DNA of 64,000 bases from Antedon mediterranea (taxonomy: Eukaryota; Animalia; Echinodermata). The notes under the pieces were generated by a model. The model ran no database searches and was not told the DNA's origin. It saw only the letters and a program-made list of their open reading frames with translations. Location of the stretch: the NCBI RefSeq assembly GCF_964355755.1, contig NC_092671.1, positions 9,300,001 through 9,364,000 on the forward strand, written 5' to 3'. How positions within the stretch are numbered: position 1 is the stretch's first letter; each line of letters begins with the position of its first letter. Shown one piece after another: positions 24,680 through 38,288 of the stretch. The position numbers were made by a program, and so were the translations under genes.

Positions 24680-26770
24680 ATAACACAATATATGCGCATA
24701 TATAGGGAAATTTTAGAAAAATGGCTCTATATAAGGTTTTCGAAAAAAATCTCTGTACTATAGTACAGGAAAATTTCCGAAAATTTGCCATATTTCGACC
24801 ATTTTATTTTTTGACATAACTAGTTACTATGGCTCTGAGATGATAACACAATATATGTGCATATATGGCCATATTATCGCATATCTATTGAATTTGAAAA
24901 ATTCAGTATATTTTGGGCATTTTACGAAAAATTCCTGTAGGCCTACTATGGTACAGGGAAATTTTCGAAAAATAGCCAATTTTCGACCATTTTATTTTTT
25001 GACATAAATGGTTACTATAGCATATTAAACATGCGCAGAGTCGAAAAATGCGTTCTGCGCATATCAATTGTGCTATAGTAACCAGTTTTATTGAAAATAA
25101 AAAGGTCGAAAATCTGCCATTTTTGGGTAAAAATCCCTGTACTATAGTACAGGGAAATTTTCGACCCTTTTATTTTTTGACATAAATGGTTACTATAGCA
25201 TAATAAACATGCGCAGAGTCGAATAATGGGTTCTGCGCATGTCAATTGTGCTATAGTAACCAGTTTTAACGAAAATAAAAATCTCGAAAATTGGCCATTT
25301 TTGGAAAAAATCCCTGTACTATAGTACAGGGAAATTTTCGAAAAATGGCCATATTTCGACCATTTTATTTTTTGACATAACTAGTTACTATGGCTCTATA
25401 AGATGATAACACAATATATGTGCATATATGGCCATATTATCGCATATCTATTGAATTTGAAAAATTGGGTATATTTTGGGCATTTTAAGAAAAAATCCCT
25501 GTACTATAGTACAGGGAAATTTTCGAAAAATAGCCAATTTTCGACTATTTTATTTTTTGACATAAATGGTTACTATAGCATATTAAACATGCGCAGAGTC
25601 GAAAAATGCGTTCTGCGCATATCAATTGTGCTATTTAGTAACCCGTTTTATCGAAAATAAAAAGGTCGAAAATTTGCCATTTTTGGCAAAAAATCCCTGT
25701 ACTATAGTACAGGGAAATTTTCGAAAAATAGCCAATTTTCGACCATTTTATTTTTTGACATAAATGGTTACTTTAGCGTATTAAACATGCGCAGAGTAGA
25801 AAAATGCGTTCTGCGCATGTCAATTGTGCTATAGTAACCAGTTTTATCGAAAATAAAAAGGTCGAAAATTTGCCATTTTTGGCAAAAAATCCCTGTACTA
25901 GTACAGAGAAATTTTCGAAAAATGGCCATAATTCGACCATTTTATTTTTTGACATAACTAGTTACTATGGCTCTATAAGATGATAACACAATATATCATA
26001 ACCATATTTGACATAAATGTTAACTATAGCACAATGAACATGCGCAGAGTCGACTAATGGGTTCTGCGCATGTTAATTGTGCTATAGTAACCAGTTTTAT
26101 CGAAAAATAAAAAGGTCGAAAATTGGCCATTTTTTTGAAAAAAAATCCTGTACTATAGTACAGGAAAATTTTCCCTTTTTTTTTGCATAATAAACATGCG
26201 CAGAGTCGAATAATGGGTTCTGCACATGTCAATTGTGCTATCATAACCATATTTGACATAAATGGTTACTATAGCACAATTGACATGCGCAGAACCCATT
26301 ATGCGCATGTTTTTTATGCTATAGTAACCATTTATGTCAAATGGTTACTATAGCATAATAAACATGCGCAGAGTCGACTAATGGGTTCTGCACATGTTAA
26401 TTGTGCCATAGTAACCAGTTTTATCGAAAAATAAAAAGGTCGAAAATTGGCAATTTTTTCAAAAAAATCCCTGTACTATAGTACAAGGAAATTTTCGAAA
26501 AACGGCCATATTTCGACCCTTTTATTTTTTTACATAACTAGTTACTATGGCTCTATAAGTTGATGCTAACACAATATATGCACATATATGGCCTATATTT
26601 CAAAAAGTAGATATTTTGGCCATTTTTGGAAAAAATCCCTGTACTATAGTACAGGGAAATTTTCGAAAAATGACCACATTTCGACCCTTTTATTTTTTGA
26701 CATAACTAGTTACTATGGCTCTATAAGTTGATGATAACACAATGTATGCGCATGTATGGCAATATTATAG
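24680..26770. repeat. Complex palindromic tandem array (about 180-200 bp period) between CCDC13 and CEP78
   Basis: About 10 copies of the palindrome TCCCTGTACTATAGTACAGGGA, separated by two recurring arm types. Confidence 0.9.
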
Positions 26771-27289
26771 CATAATTATTGAATTAAAAAATTGTAATTA
26801 TTCCTTCCAAGAAGATGCAATGATGATACCGATCATTTACATATGTTATTATCACGTATTGAATTCTGAAAATGAATGTTGGCAAATTACTATACATATA
26901 TACAAATACTACAGCTGTTTAAGCATTGAATACTTTCATTTGATACAAAAAATATACACCCGATATTAAAACGGTACGTTGTATGGACTACACACATACA
27001 CAGGTAGTGAATATTTACAACCAGTTCACTTACTTTCATTTCTTTTCGCAGGAAGAGGACGCTGAAAACATAAGCTTTCCATTATTTAAATGTCCCTTGC
27101 ATGTATGACGAAAGAATTGATACAACTACAATTGCCTAATAATTCTTCTGTGTAACCGAATTGCTTTTACTGTGTTCTATGTATGCCGTTTATGGGTTTC
27201 AAACACAACGAATGTTTTGGTTTTTCACAGTGAAAGAGATATTATTTAATAATAAATACCCTGGATTTATAAAGTTCCTAATATTGTGA

Positions 27290-27530
27290 AACATCTAAGG
27301 GCTGCACATATTATTCCTCCGGTCATTTTTTTATCAAACATGTATGGAAATATAATGCCGCTATTAATCAGCGCAAAGTTGTCTGTTGACGTTACCAGGC
27401 ACCCATTTGTACACCGGGGTGGAGAGGGGCAAATGTAAGTATCTTGCCTATTGGATACAGGCAATGCAACAGCCATTGGATTCGAACCCACGATCAGTAG
27501 TCCAACATTCATAACTTCTGCATCACCTAC
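27290..27530 (-). mobile_element. tRNA-derived SINE with conserved core (Deu-like)
   Basis: The - strand has a B-box GGTTCGAATCC followed by CCTCTCCACCCCGGTGTACAAATGGGTGCCTGG. Confidence 0.6.
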
Positions 27531-27610
27531 ATACGGAAAACAAAATTTGCGTCCAGCTCATAAGATTTTGGCGGCACACAGATGAGTATGGTAGTACTGT
27601 ACCGATAACA

Positions 27611-30600
27611 TTAGAATTCATTATCTGAACTATAATCTAAAATTTCTTCAACAATGTCTAATGGTGATGATCTGTCACTTTCTAAATCAGAAATCCTAGC
27701 AGAATTCTCACTTTTAAAATTGTCCTGCTTACCAATTTCTTGTACGCTTCTTTCAGAGTGAATGTTCGACTGCTTGGAGCTACCAGATGCCCAACTGTCG
27801 CTGTACACTGGTGATGGTGTCCTATTTGAAGAGGTTTTATCAGGTGATGGCAAGAGGTTGGCAGAGGGTAAATCAGCATCCCCTTTAGGACCTGATTTAT
27901 TATCAGCTTCATTAACATAATGAATATCTTTTGTGTTTTCTAACCTCTCTACCTTTCCTCCTTTAATAACAAGCCCCTTTTCGAAGTCATTATTATTTTC
28001 TTGTATATCTGCACTCGCCTGTAACATATCATTAGTTGTCTGATGCTTGGCAGGTGCATCTGATGGCAGTTCTGGAATGTTCTTTGCAGAAGATACGTTT
28101 GGAATTATTGCTATGCCACTTTCTACTATATTCTGATACCTCTTAGTCTCTGTAGCTTCTTGTCCTTCTAAACTGGAGGTAGTAACTAATTTATTATTCC
28201 CCCTATGGTCCAAAATATCCTGTGTTTGAGATGGACCAACCATGTGAATTTTATCAGCATCGTATGTAACAGTTGAAGGGGGAATCATTTCCCTCTGTGG
28301 AGGGTTAATTATACATTGATTCTGTGAGAGCTGCTGGGATTGAGAGGCAACTGTTGATTGTGTATAATGAATATTTTGCATATTATAAGGAGAGGTGTAA
28401 CCGGTGGGTGGTGGTGGTGGTGGTTGCCAACCTGGTTCCGATGGTAAAAAGTATTGTTGTGGTATAGGCGTTACTGATGACTGTGGTAGCCATCCAGGTA
28501 CTGGTGCTTGGATTGGTACTGAAGGACCGATTTGTACTGGCTGTGCTGAATAATAGTAATTTGTTGTGTTCATATGTGAAGTTAAACCATGTTGCTGTTG
28601 CAATGGTGGTGGTATAGGGTCACCAAAACTAACTGGTTGTTGATTATATTGCTGCAACGGCATAGAGTTTATGTGATGGTTTCCGGGAAATTCCCGTTGA
28701 TGCGTAGAGTTATTGTGATGGTTTCCAGGAAATTGCTGTTTATTCATAGGGTTCTTGTGATGTTTTCCGAGAAATTCCTGTTGATGCATAGAGTTCTTGT
28801 GATGGTTTCCGGAAAATTCCTGTTGATGCTTAAAGTTCTTTTGATGGTTTCCGGGAAATTCCTGTTCCATCACCGAGTTCTTGTGATGGTTTCCAGGAAA
28901 TTCCTCTTGATGCATAGAGTTCTTGTAATGGTTTCCAGGAAATTGCTGTTGATGAGTAGCCTTGCTAAAAGGTGTTGGTTGGTGATCTTGAAGGATAGAC
29001 AACACAGAGGGATCCTTTACATCACCTGGCGACAATCCAACAAGACTACACAGCTGACCCAATCTGCAGAAAAAAAATAATTTTATTTTAAAAAGCCTCC
29101 AGAAATAGAGAGATACATACAAAACAACAGCAAAACAATAAACAAAACAGAAACAATTCAAGGCTTATAACACCCTCAATAAAAGTTTCAGATAATTATG
29201 ATTAGATGGTCATGATTTGATTTCTTACGGTGTCACCAACGCTGTGGTGATTGCAATCATTACATTTCAGTCGATTGATCTTTATGATATGGCTTATCAA
29301 TGATATAAATTTAAAAAATTTAGCTAGAGTGTTCCAATTGAACTGAAGTCCAGAATAAGACTGTAAGTAGAGGTGTTCCAACTTGAATCGTGAAACAGGA
29401 CATAAATATGTGTAGGTCTTAAGCTCTGTCTACACTACATCAAACTTTGTGACAAAAAAATGTGATGTACCCAAATATGGATATGATGATGTCATATCAC
29501 TACCATATTTAAGCATATCACTACCATATTTGGCCATATCACACTTTTGTCAAACTAGTCCGATAGTGTAGACAGAGGTTTAGGTTATCACAAATCATAA
29601 GCCCCTTAATATTACCCTGAATAACAGGCATTATTTTGTCCTCTATAAATAAAAGATAAATACAAATTTAAAAAAATAACTGACCCTGCATCTCTCAATA
29701 AATCAAGAAAAGTATGGAATTTTCTGAATGATTCTTCAATGCTGTCTAAAACCGCTTCATCAATATCACCAACGGCATCAGGTTTATCATCTGGTTGTTT
29801 CTTGAACGGTGAGGAAGCACCTCGTGCCTGTAGCAACTGGATTTCATGTCGTAGGCGACTATTCTCAACTTCAAGCTGAAAATGATAATCAACATTTCTG
29901 TAATGACATTAAGGAAGTATGGGTAGAATAATAACTATGTTTAATATATCATGAACCCAGTCAAGCAAAATAACTATAAATGGCATGTTTACAAACCCAG
30001 TCAGAAAATTGAGTGTATATGTAACCTAACAAAGAACATGACTGTAATATGTTATGTGAAGTATTCTCATTAATCTTTTCAAAGTGACTGTCAACATTGA
30101 CCCAAATGAAAGTCCTTCTGGTTAATCAAATGTGATAAGAATCAATCAACTTATTTACCACAGAATCATTTTGAAATATGGCCTGAAAGAAACATTTTTA
30201 AAAGACTACCTCTATAAGACGAGCATTAGCTGCATTACGGGCCTGACTCTCAATATCATAGCGGCGCCGAATCTCCTCTAACTCTACCTATAAAGATGAC
30301 AATGTGAATTATGCTATGATTTTACTTTTGAAGTTAAAAATATATATTTGGGAGATCAGTAATATAACAAAATACCCAGTAGAATGCAACAAGCTAACTG
30401 ACAAAAACATTCAATAATACAAGGTACCTGGGGGAAACCTGGATCAATACAAGGTATCTCAGCAGGACCTGGATCAATACACATACCTTGGGAGAACCTG
30501 GATCAATAAAAGGTACCTGGGGAGAACCTAGATCAATACAGGTACCTGTTGAGAACCTGGATAAATACAGGTACCTGGGACAAACTGGATCAATACAGGT

Positions 30601-33600
30601 ATCTTGGGAGAAACTGGATCAACACAGGTACCTAGGGAGAACCTTTATCAATACAGGTACTGGGGGAACCTGGATCAATAAAGGTATCTTGGCAGAAACT
30701 GGATCAACACAGGTACCTGGGAACCTGGATCAATGCAGGTACCTAGGGAGAACCTTTATCAATACAGGTACTGGGGGAACCTGGATCAATAAAGGTACCT
30801 TGGCAAACCTGGATTAATACAAGGTACCTGGGGGAGAACCTGGATCAATACAGGTACCTGGGGCAAACCTGGTTCAATACAGGGTACAGATTAAACTTAA
30901 ACTAGGTACCTGGGAAAAACCTGCAATAACATTTAAAGGTTCCTGAAGAGAACAAAGGTACCTGGGCAGAACTTGTAAAAAACATACATTTAGAGAAATA
31001 ATACATGGTACCTGGGGAGATCCTGGATTAAAACTTACCCTTAGTTCCTTATCTACTTTCTTCTTGTCTTCCTTATCTACTCTTTTCTTATCATTTCCCA
31101 TCCTTCCATTCCATTTATTTGGTGAGCCATGGAGTTTATCATACGAGCTGGTATCTTTTACACTAGTATCACTCTCTGCTGGTGTTGAGGTAGTGGTTAA
31201 ATGGAAGTGCACCCCTGGTGAATCTTTCGTGGGGGTGGTGCTTACATCCGAATCATTCTTTCCACGTTCAGCAGATGTAGCTCTAGGAATAAAAGAAACA
31301 AACATTATTTTATTGTTGAAAGTTACTGGTAATAAATATTTCTGTCACAAGAATATGATAAAATTAATATTTGTTGGTCAGAGATTTTGTATTGCATGCT
31401 GGTTAAACTAGTGGTCTGAATTTCTTTGCATTTGTATTAGAAATTCACAAATATTTTATTATTTGTTAGTCACTGACACTGTATCATTGTCATATTGTGT
31501 TTCCCAGGTATAGTGGGCACAATAAAGAATTCTGTTCATAATTTTATTTTATCATTTGTTTTTATTGACTTAATATTTTAATGTACGGAATATTACTTTG
31601 TGGGAGTTCATATTGTTGAGATTTTTAAAGTATACCTTGCATAAAAATATACTTTACATCCAATGAAATGGTACTGTACCTGGTAACTGCTCTAGCTGCT
31701 GTTCGCCATGGCACGAATCCTGGGCCAGGCCGTCTCACAGTAGGAACATCATTCTTAGAAAGTCTACCATCAGCAGATTTTGAGCGAATTCTTGACCTGC
31801 TTACACGAACTGTAGAAGTAGGCTTTGATGATTTTTTACTTACAGCAGTTGAAACATGCTTAACTTTCCTTCTTTTGGGTTTTTCAGCTGATTCACTGCT
31901 TCGAAGCCACTTATACTGAAGAAAAAAAAATATATCAAGTTAGAATTGATTATCAGTGAAAACATTGGTAGATTTTGTAAATGCTCTATTTCAAGTCCTT
32001 TCCTGTTACAGCTTTCTTTGTGTGAGGACATTAGCTGTTTTCTATATATTATGTAATACTAATAAACATCCTAAAACAAAAGAAGCATATAGGAATAAAG
32101 ACAATGTTGAAATATGAAAAGAACAATCATTCTAGTACAGTACAGTAAAATATCACAAAATAATCCAATTGCTTTGATTTCATTTCATTTATTTATTCGA
32201 CCAAAACACAGATACAGAACAGAAACAGAGCACAATGGTCAGGGGCAACTAAAGCAAAACAATTACTATAACTCAAAGAGTCAGTTGCCCCTTAAAAAAC
32301 ATCGAAATACAAAAAATATTGCATCAAGTAAAACATTTGATGATTGTAACAAGGGATTCCTATAGTTATTTCAACCTCTTTGAAACATACAAAGTTGGAA
32401 TACGTGGCAATAGGTAAAATAAATTCAAATTACCTCAGATTCATGTCCACCCCCATTGATCATCACTTGTTCTATTACTGCTTTCACTATTTCATGATCT
32501 ATTAAATAGACGTTATTATATTATATCAATATTTAAAAACCATATACAGTAAAACAACATTTATGTTGATGGTGATTACACTTTCTTGTAGTCTGGTATT
32601 ATCTTTTTCAAGCACATAATCTCTAATGTAACATACAACATACCGATGAGAGGATTCTTCCTCAAGTCAAGAACAACAATTGTTGAATTCTGATGCAACG
32701 TATTTAGCAATACTTGAGCTCCCGTATTAGACAAGCCACAGTTCTGTAAATCTAAAGCTGTAGATATGAAACATTTACATAGAATAACTTTGAAACAGTA
32801 CTGTCTGCAGATTCGATAACTATTAGCATATTACATAGCATGCTCGTTAAGTTTGTGCACTCTTTGTGTTTATAATCAGTGTACCATGTCCCACATTTAC
32901 TGGCTCAGCCTTCTGAGGCACTGTACATATCATTTCCAAACAAGATTTAATAAGATCAAAACAGTACTGTCTGCACATTGGATATATCTTAAGATTGACT
33001 GATGACAATTCACTAATGTAATATGAGCGGAAGTAAAAAACTAGCGCGGGAAAGACTAATATACGATCTCCTCTCAATTACAGTAACATTAAATGTTTTA
33101 TTTAGGTTTATTAGGGAAAATATCTAAGTTAAGTGGATAATGTGGGCCACTATTTCTAGCTTCACATCATAAACCACATCATTACATCATGCACAAACCT
33201 TATGTTATGTGACTGTAATTGGTATGCCAAGTGTGAGCAGACACACTACACATTGCTCCTTGAGTATAGTAGGCCTTGTTAAAAAAGAAATTCTACCTTT
33301 TAACCAAAGATCATCCTTTATTGCATCAGCAAATGCAGCTGCACCTTCATCATTCAACAGTGGGTTTGCGTTCAAAGTTATCCTACGAATGCCTGCCATA
33401 CGATCCAGATCTGGACGACGGTAGCGTAGACTTTCTTTCCATGCTTCACTGTGGAGCCTTGTGGATTGATGCTGTCATGTTTAAATCAAGAAGAATTAAA
33501 CTGAATATTGATATTTATAATGACAACCAAATTAAATTAAAAAAAATTTGTTAACTTTTCACAAGGGTACGCTGTTTACGCAAATTAATAGAAGGATGAC

Positions 33601-35003
33601 AACATCTGTTGCACTGTGCCAATGTGTATCTAAGGTAAAACATTTTTATCTGTTCCCTGTGCTGATAAGACAACAAAATGGAGCACAGAGAAGGCTTATA
33701 CACACACTTGACCTTTTCGATACAAAACAATGAATTGGATGCATGCAAGTTTGTTACAGTTAAGATTTATATACTCTCCTAAAAATTTAGTATTGAGGAT
33801 ATTGAAAACGTCAACAGACCTTAACGACTTTTGAAATGGATTGAGCAGCATTGCAGGTTAACCCACATCCCGTTAGATTTAAAGAAACTAGTGCTGTTGA
33901 ATTACGGATGTTATGGCAAAGCACTGCTACAGCCTTGTTACTCAGTCGACAGCCTTCAAGGGATAGATGTTCCAATGAAGATGCTCTTGATAAACCCTAT
34001 CAAAACAAACAAAAAATTATTATACCAATATTTTGAATAACTACCTTATTTATTCGAAAAATAAATCCCCAGGGTATTTATTCGAATAAATACGGTATTT
34101 AGAAATTTAACGACACATTAAACAACCTGAACATGATATTGCAGTATAGAAAAACACATCACTTAAATGGAATAATAAATGCTTATGAAATTGAAAGATA
34201 TCCCATATACAGTACCATCGATGTAAGTAAGACCATATAAATATAACTTTCCAACCTGATCTTATGCACATTTAAGTTAAATATTGCTGGCCATTTGTGT
34301 CAACAGGGCCTAGCGTGATCAGATATAAATTACGATATCTGGCTATATTGATTACTTACTTTTTCACTCCCCAAACCAATTATTTTCAAACCCATAATTC
34401 AACATTTACCTTTGATAAATTAGTGATGTCTTTCTCCTTAAGTGGTAAGCCTTGTATTTCTAAATATTGTAAACTGCGACTATTTAATAAACATTCTTTT
34501 AATGATAGACTCAGACGATTCACCACCTCTTTAGAACGAACAGCAGGAGGGCGCCGTCTCACACCATGTCTTCCGCAGGCATCTGATAAGATAGAACATG
34601 AATGTACAATATTAAAAGGTTGCCGAATAAACATTGGTAAAGTATGGTTTACGGTACCTTTTGATTATTTTTAAAAAGTTGAGAATGTCTGAATTATTAA
34701 TTACTCCCGTCATCACAGTACAGTATTACTGAAAATCTTACCACTATCTTTTGTTTGTTGAAAATAACTTCTGATTCCAATGAATGACAAACTCTTATTA
34801 ATGCGAATTGAATTTAAGATTGGTCCCCAGTCTGGAAGTCGGATACGATCTGCATTAATGTCAAGAGCACCTTCAGCCAGATGAGCTTTTACAGACTGTA
34901 CTGGAACAGAGTCTTGCAAAGCACATAAGTTATTGTAGTACGATTCAAAGTTTGTACTGCCCTTTGACCTTGCTGGTATAGATGTAAACATTACTGATGG
35001 CAT
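27611..35003 (-). CDS. CEP78: Centrosomal protein of 78 kDa (LRR N-terminus, coiled coil, long low-complexity tail), 11 coding exons
   Basis: Exons (-): 34742-35003, 34410-34582, 33820-33996, 33297-33471, 32644-32757, 32434-32498, 31680-31915, 31039-31282, 30210-30287, 29685-29875, 27611-29063. Diagnostic peptides: [85 protein letters not shown]. Confidence 0.95.
28660..28953 (-). repeat. Coding 42-bp minisatellite (7 x 14 aa, [14 protein letters not shown]) in the CEP78 last exon
   Basis: Seven in-frame copies are visible in ORF 27611..29161. Confidence 0.92.
30405..31030. repeat. About 30-bp degenerate minisatellite in a CEP78 intron
   Basis: (TACAGGTACCTGGGGGAACCTGGATCAA)n; explains ORF 30488..30817. 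Confidence 0.9.
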
Positions 35004-35395
35004 CTCCTGTACTGTAGTATATAAATAATAATAATAATCAGTAAAATACACTTTAAAATAAAATTAAACAATTGTCAATAGTAGTATATATAATCAGGGA
35101 GTTGAATCCATGATAGGATTAACTAGAAATAATAAAGTGTTAAATTAGAATTTAAAACATGAAAGAAACATATTAGCGCCCAAGCGTAGACCTACATATT
35201 CTCTACCTAACCCACCCCTCCTAAATGGCCTAGGCTAGTCTAGGTAGGCCCTCTAGTCTTCTTAGGTGGCCTTCGTTTGGCCTTCGTCGGGCCTGTGTGT
35301 CGCCTTCTTGTAGGCCTAGCCATCACCATTATTACTGCTCTAAGATAGGCGTAAAACCTAATAATTTCTCAACAGGCCTAATATTCAATACTTAC

Positions 35396-35893
35396 ACTTT
35401 ATATATAATAATTATTTATTTATTTCAGGCCTAGCCTAGATGTCCTTTGATGTGACAAAAAATACATCTCCGATCGTTCAGATTGATGAACTTTTTTAGT
35501 TTTTAAAATGGCGCCGTAGGCTTTATAAACAATTTCCAAAACCACTGCACAAACATTTACATCGATTGTAGGTTTAGAAAAACAGATATCTTTTTTTATC
35601 AATTAAAAATATGTATTAAATTTTAAATGTTTTTCTTTTATTATTATAACGTATTTATCAATCATAATCAAAATAAAATTAAAACAGATCTTAGTTTGTT
35701 TGTGAACAGTAAATACGCCGACGTCCCCGGGTCCAGTCAAGCATAACGTCACAAAACATTTTTTGTTTGTGTCAGTTTATGATTTTTTAAAGAGGAAATC
35801 TTTAAGAGAAGACACTAACTAAATATACTATGTTATAAGTTAAGCCTGAACTAACAATTCATATTGATATTATTATTTCATACAAAGTTTGGA
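35396..35893. promoter_or_regulatory. Bidirectional promoter region of CEP78 and NATD1
   Basis: The genes are head-to-head. A CEP78 5'-UTR exon donor (GTAAGT on -) lies at about 35395, a YY1-like AAAATGGCG at about 35505, and the NATD1 ATG at 35894. Confidence 0.6.
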
Positions 35894-37639
35894 ATGCTTA
35901 AATCATTTGGTTATTTTCTAGGCCAACGTAATCGTGGCAGTTCATTCATTTTGACTAGAATGATGAGCACCCGTCCTTCTGCGAGTAGCACATCAGACAA
36001 AACATGTTCTAGTGAACTAGGCCTAGCCGTTGTTCATAACTCAGACAAATGTGAATTTACTTTAGTACTCGATAATACAGGTAATACAGTAGGATAATAA
36101 TAAAGTAATTTCCGAAGAATATGCTAGGCCTAATATTATATATTGGTTGTATGTGTAAATAAATTTCCATCCATTTTTATAGGCCTAGGCTAGGCCTACT
36201 AATTTTTTTTTTTTAAATACATACATTTCTGATGTTTTGTTATTAATTGACATTGCACACATATATCTCACTTCAACTTATATATTATACTGTATGAGTA
36301 ACCATTTTCATATTGCTATTTTATTTTTATTGAAAAAAAAAACATGGCACAGTTTTTCTTTTTTGAAAATTAATTCTTTAAAAATATATATATATATAAA
36401 ATGCAATACTTGATATTGTATTATAATCAATCATTACACAATTTCCAGGTAGTAATGTTCAACCAGCCGTTTTACAATATGAGATTCTTCCAGGAATAGT
36501 AGATTTGTACCACACTGGTGTTCCAGAGGCTTACAGAGGAAGAGGTGTGGCTAAGCACCTGGCTAAGGTGTGTTTGATTATATAATTCAACATAATCATA
36601 GTGTTCCTTTAATATATAATTTTTTTTGTGTATCAGGATTTAAACAAAACCTTGACAAAATCTCATAAGATTCTTAGCTTTTGTCAAGGTTATTTCCGCG
36701 ATGGATGTTTTTTTTATTTTTATTTAATATTCTTTGCATTTATCAGTTATGTTACATAATAATTATTACTTGTTACTCACTGCTTTTTATTTTTTAGTTT
36801 GTTTTCGACCTGTGTTTTGTTGTAATGTAATTTATTTACAAATAAGCCATACTGTATAAACTGTAAAGAGTTGCTACATTTAAATACTGTATTTCAAAGC
36901 GGTTGATATAAAATGAAAGTGTCTGTCCGCCACGGAATCCGTCCTCCACTAATAGTTGTTAATTCAGGTTGTTATGTTATTATGACAATTTACCGTTTAA
37001 TATTTATGTAAAAAAGTTGTACTTTGATACTTCACTGTACAGTATCAATGGGGGAGAAAATGACACAACATGTCTGGTGTGCACCATGTGACTACAGATT
37101 CATGGTGCCTGAATGTCACAACTCTTTACAGTATATCTATGTGCCCTTTATATAACCACTAGATAAGTGATTTATATAAAGATTTTCAAATTGTTAAAGG
37201 TCAAAAATCTAGAAATTAGTTGCAAAATAAAAAATCTCGCTAGGAAATGAAGATATTACTGTTAATACTGTAAACAATAATCACTTGAAATTAAAGTTCG
37301 GAGTTGTTTATTTTTCAATCAAAGTATCAAAAAAGTATAATGGCTATCTATACAGTTCACAGGGAACTAACTAATAATATGGTTAATATTTAACTACTGT
37401 ATTAGTAATTGTGTTTTCATGTTTGTTCATATAATATTATTAATCATTAGTAAGTGGTATGGTTTATGTATATACTTTTTTTTAATTGTTTACTTTTTCT
37501 CTAAATACTTTAGGCTGCCCTCGAGCATTTTTCCAACCAAGATGACTCACTAATTAGGCTGTCTTGTACATACCTTCAAAAATATGTTCGTGATCATCCA
37601 CTGGATAAGTATACACCAAAACTAGAACAGAATTATTGA
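35894..37639 (+). CDS. NATD1: NATD1 (GNAT/YjdJ-like N-acetyltransferase domain protein), 3 exons
   Basis: Exons 35894-36080, 36449-36567, 37514-37639. The peptide [39 protein letters not shown] matches NATD1, including the acetyl-CoA-binding RGRG motif. Confidence 0.9.
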
Positions 37640-38004
37640 CGAAGAACTTCACATTTTCATCACTACTGTGTTTATGAATTACCTATCATCATCATCTACA
37701 ATGTTAAGGGATACAGAACAGTTTTTCGATTCCTTTTAAAATAAATGCACCAAATTATGACTACATTATGACTAGTGGAAAAAAAATTAATTTCTTTTTA
37801 CAATATAAGAAATGATTTGTAAAGTTAATTTTGAAAATAAATTGATAACAACGAAGTTATGAAAGGGTCGTTTCTGTTTATCAATAAGGAAATCATATTT
37901 CTAGTTTTGTTTTTGTATTTAAAATTGGGAGTGCTCAGCATTTTACACTACCAGTAAGAATTGTTTCTGCTGACACAAGATCGATGTATAATTATTCTAA
38001 AAAT

Positions 38005-38288
38005 AGGGTGCGTTTCTGCTGCATGAATGCCAATTTACACAGACGAACAGCAACAGTAAACGGAAAACCGCATAGCCTGTCATATCTATCCTGAACGGGT
38101 TTCCGCTCAACCACCTATCTGCTACTGCTCGTCTGTGGTAATTAGCCTTTATGCTAAATAATTAATTGCAGCTAACTGTTGAATGCCATACTAACATGCA
38201 ATTTTTTAAAACGCCGGAAATTCTGCCAAAAATTTGAGATAATCCATTTACACAACTAGTTCATTTTCTAACAGCAGAAACGCACCCT
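38005..38288. mobile_element. MITE (TIR AGGGTGCGTTTCTGCTG) containing a nested MITE at about 38027-38148
   Basis: Outer TIR pair AGGGTGCGTTTCTGCTG / CAGCAGAAACGCACCCT. The inner element is related to the outer element at 11422-12011. Confidence 0.75.

Noticed and set aside
24680-26770. CRISPR-like array (regularly spaced palindromic repeats)
   Set aside because: The intervening sequences are themselves repeated and about 160+ bp long, there are no cas genes, and the context is spliced eukaryotic genes.
27440-27530. tRNA gene (also considered at 43190-43275 and 5785-5840)
   Set aside because: B-box-like motifs are present, but there is no intact cloverleaf; these look like SINE heads.
28589-29080. 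163-aa hydrophobic + strand ORF
   Set aside because: Antisense shadow of the CEP78 coding repeat.
30488-30817. 109-aa Gly/Trp-rich ORF
   Set aside because: Intronic minisatellite antisense to CEP78.
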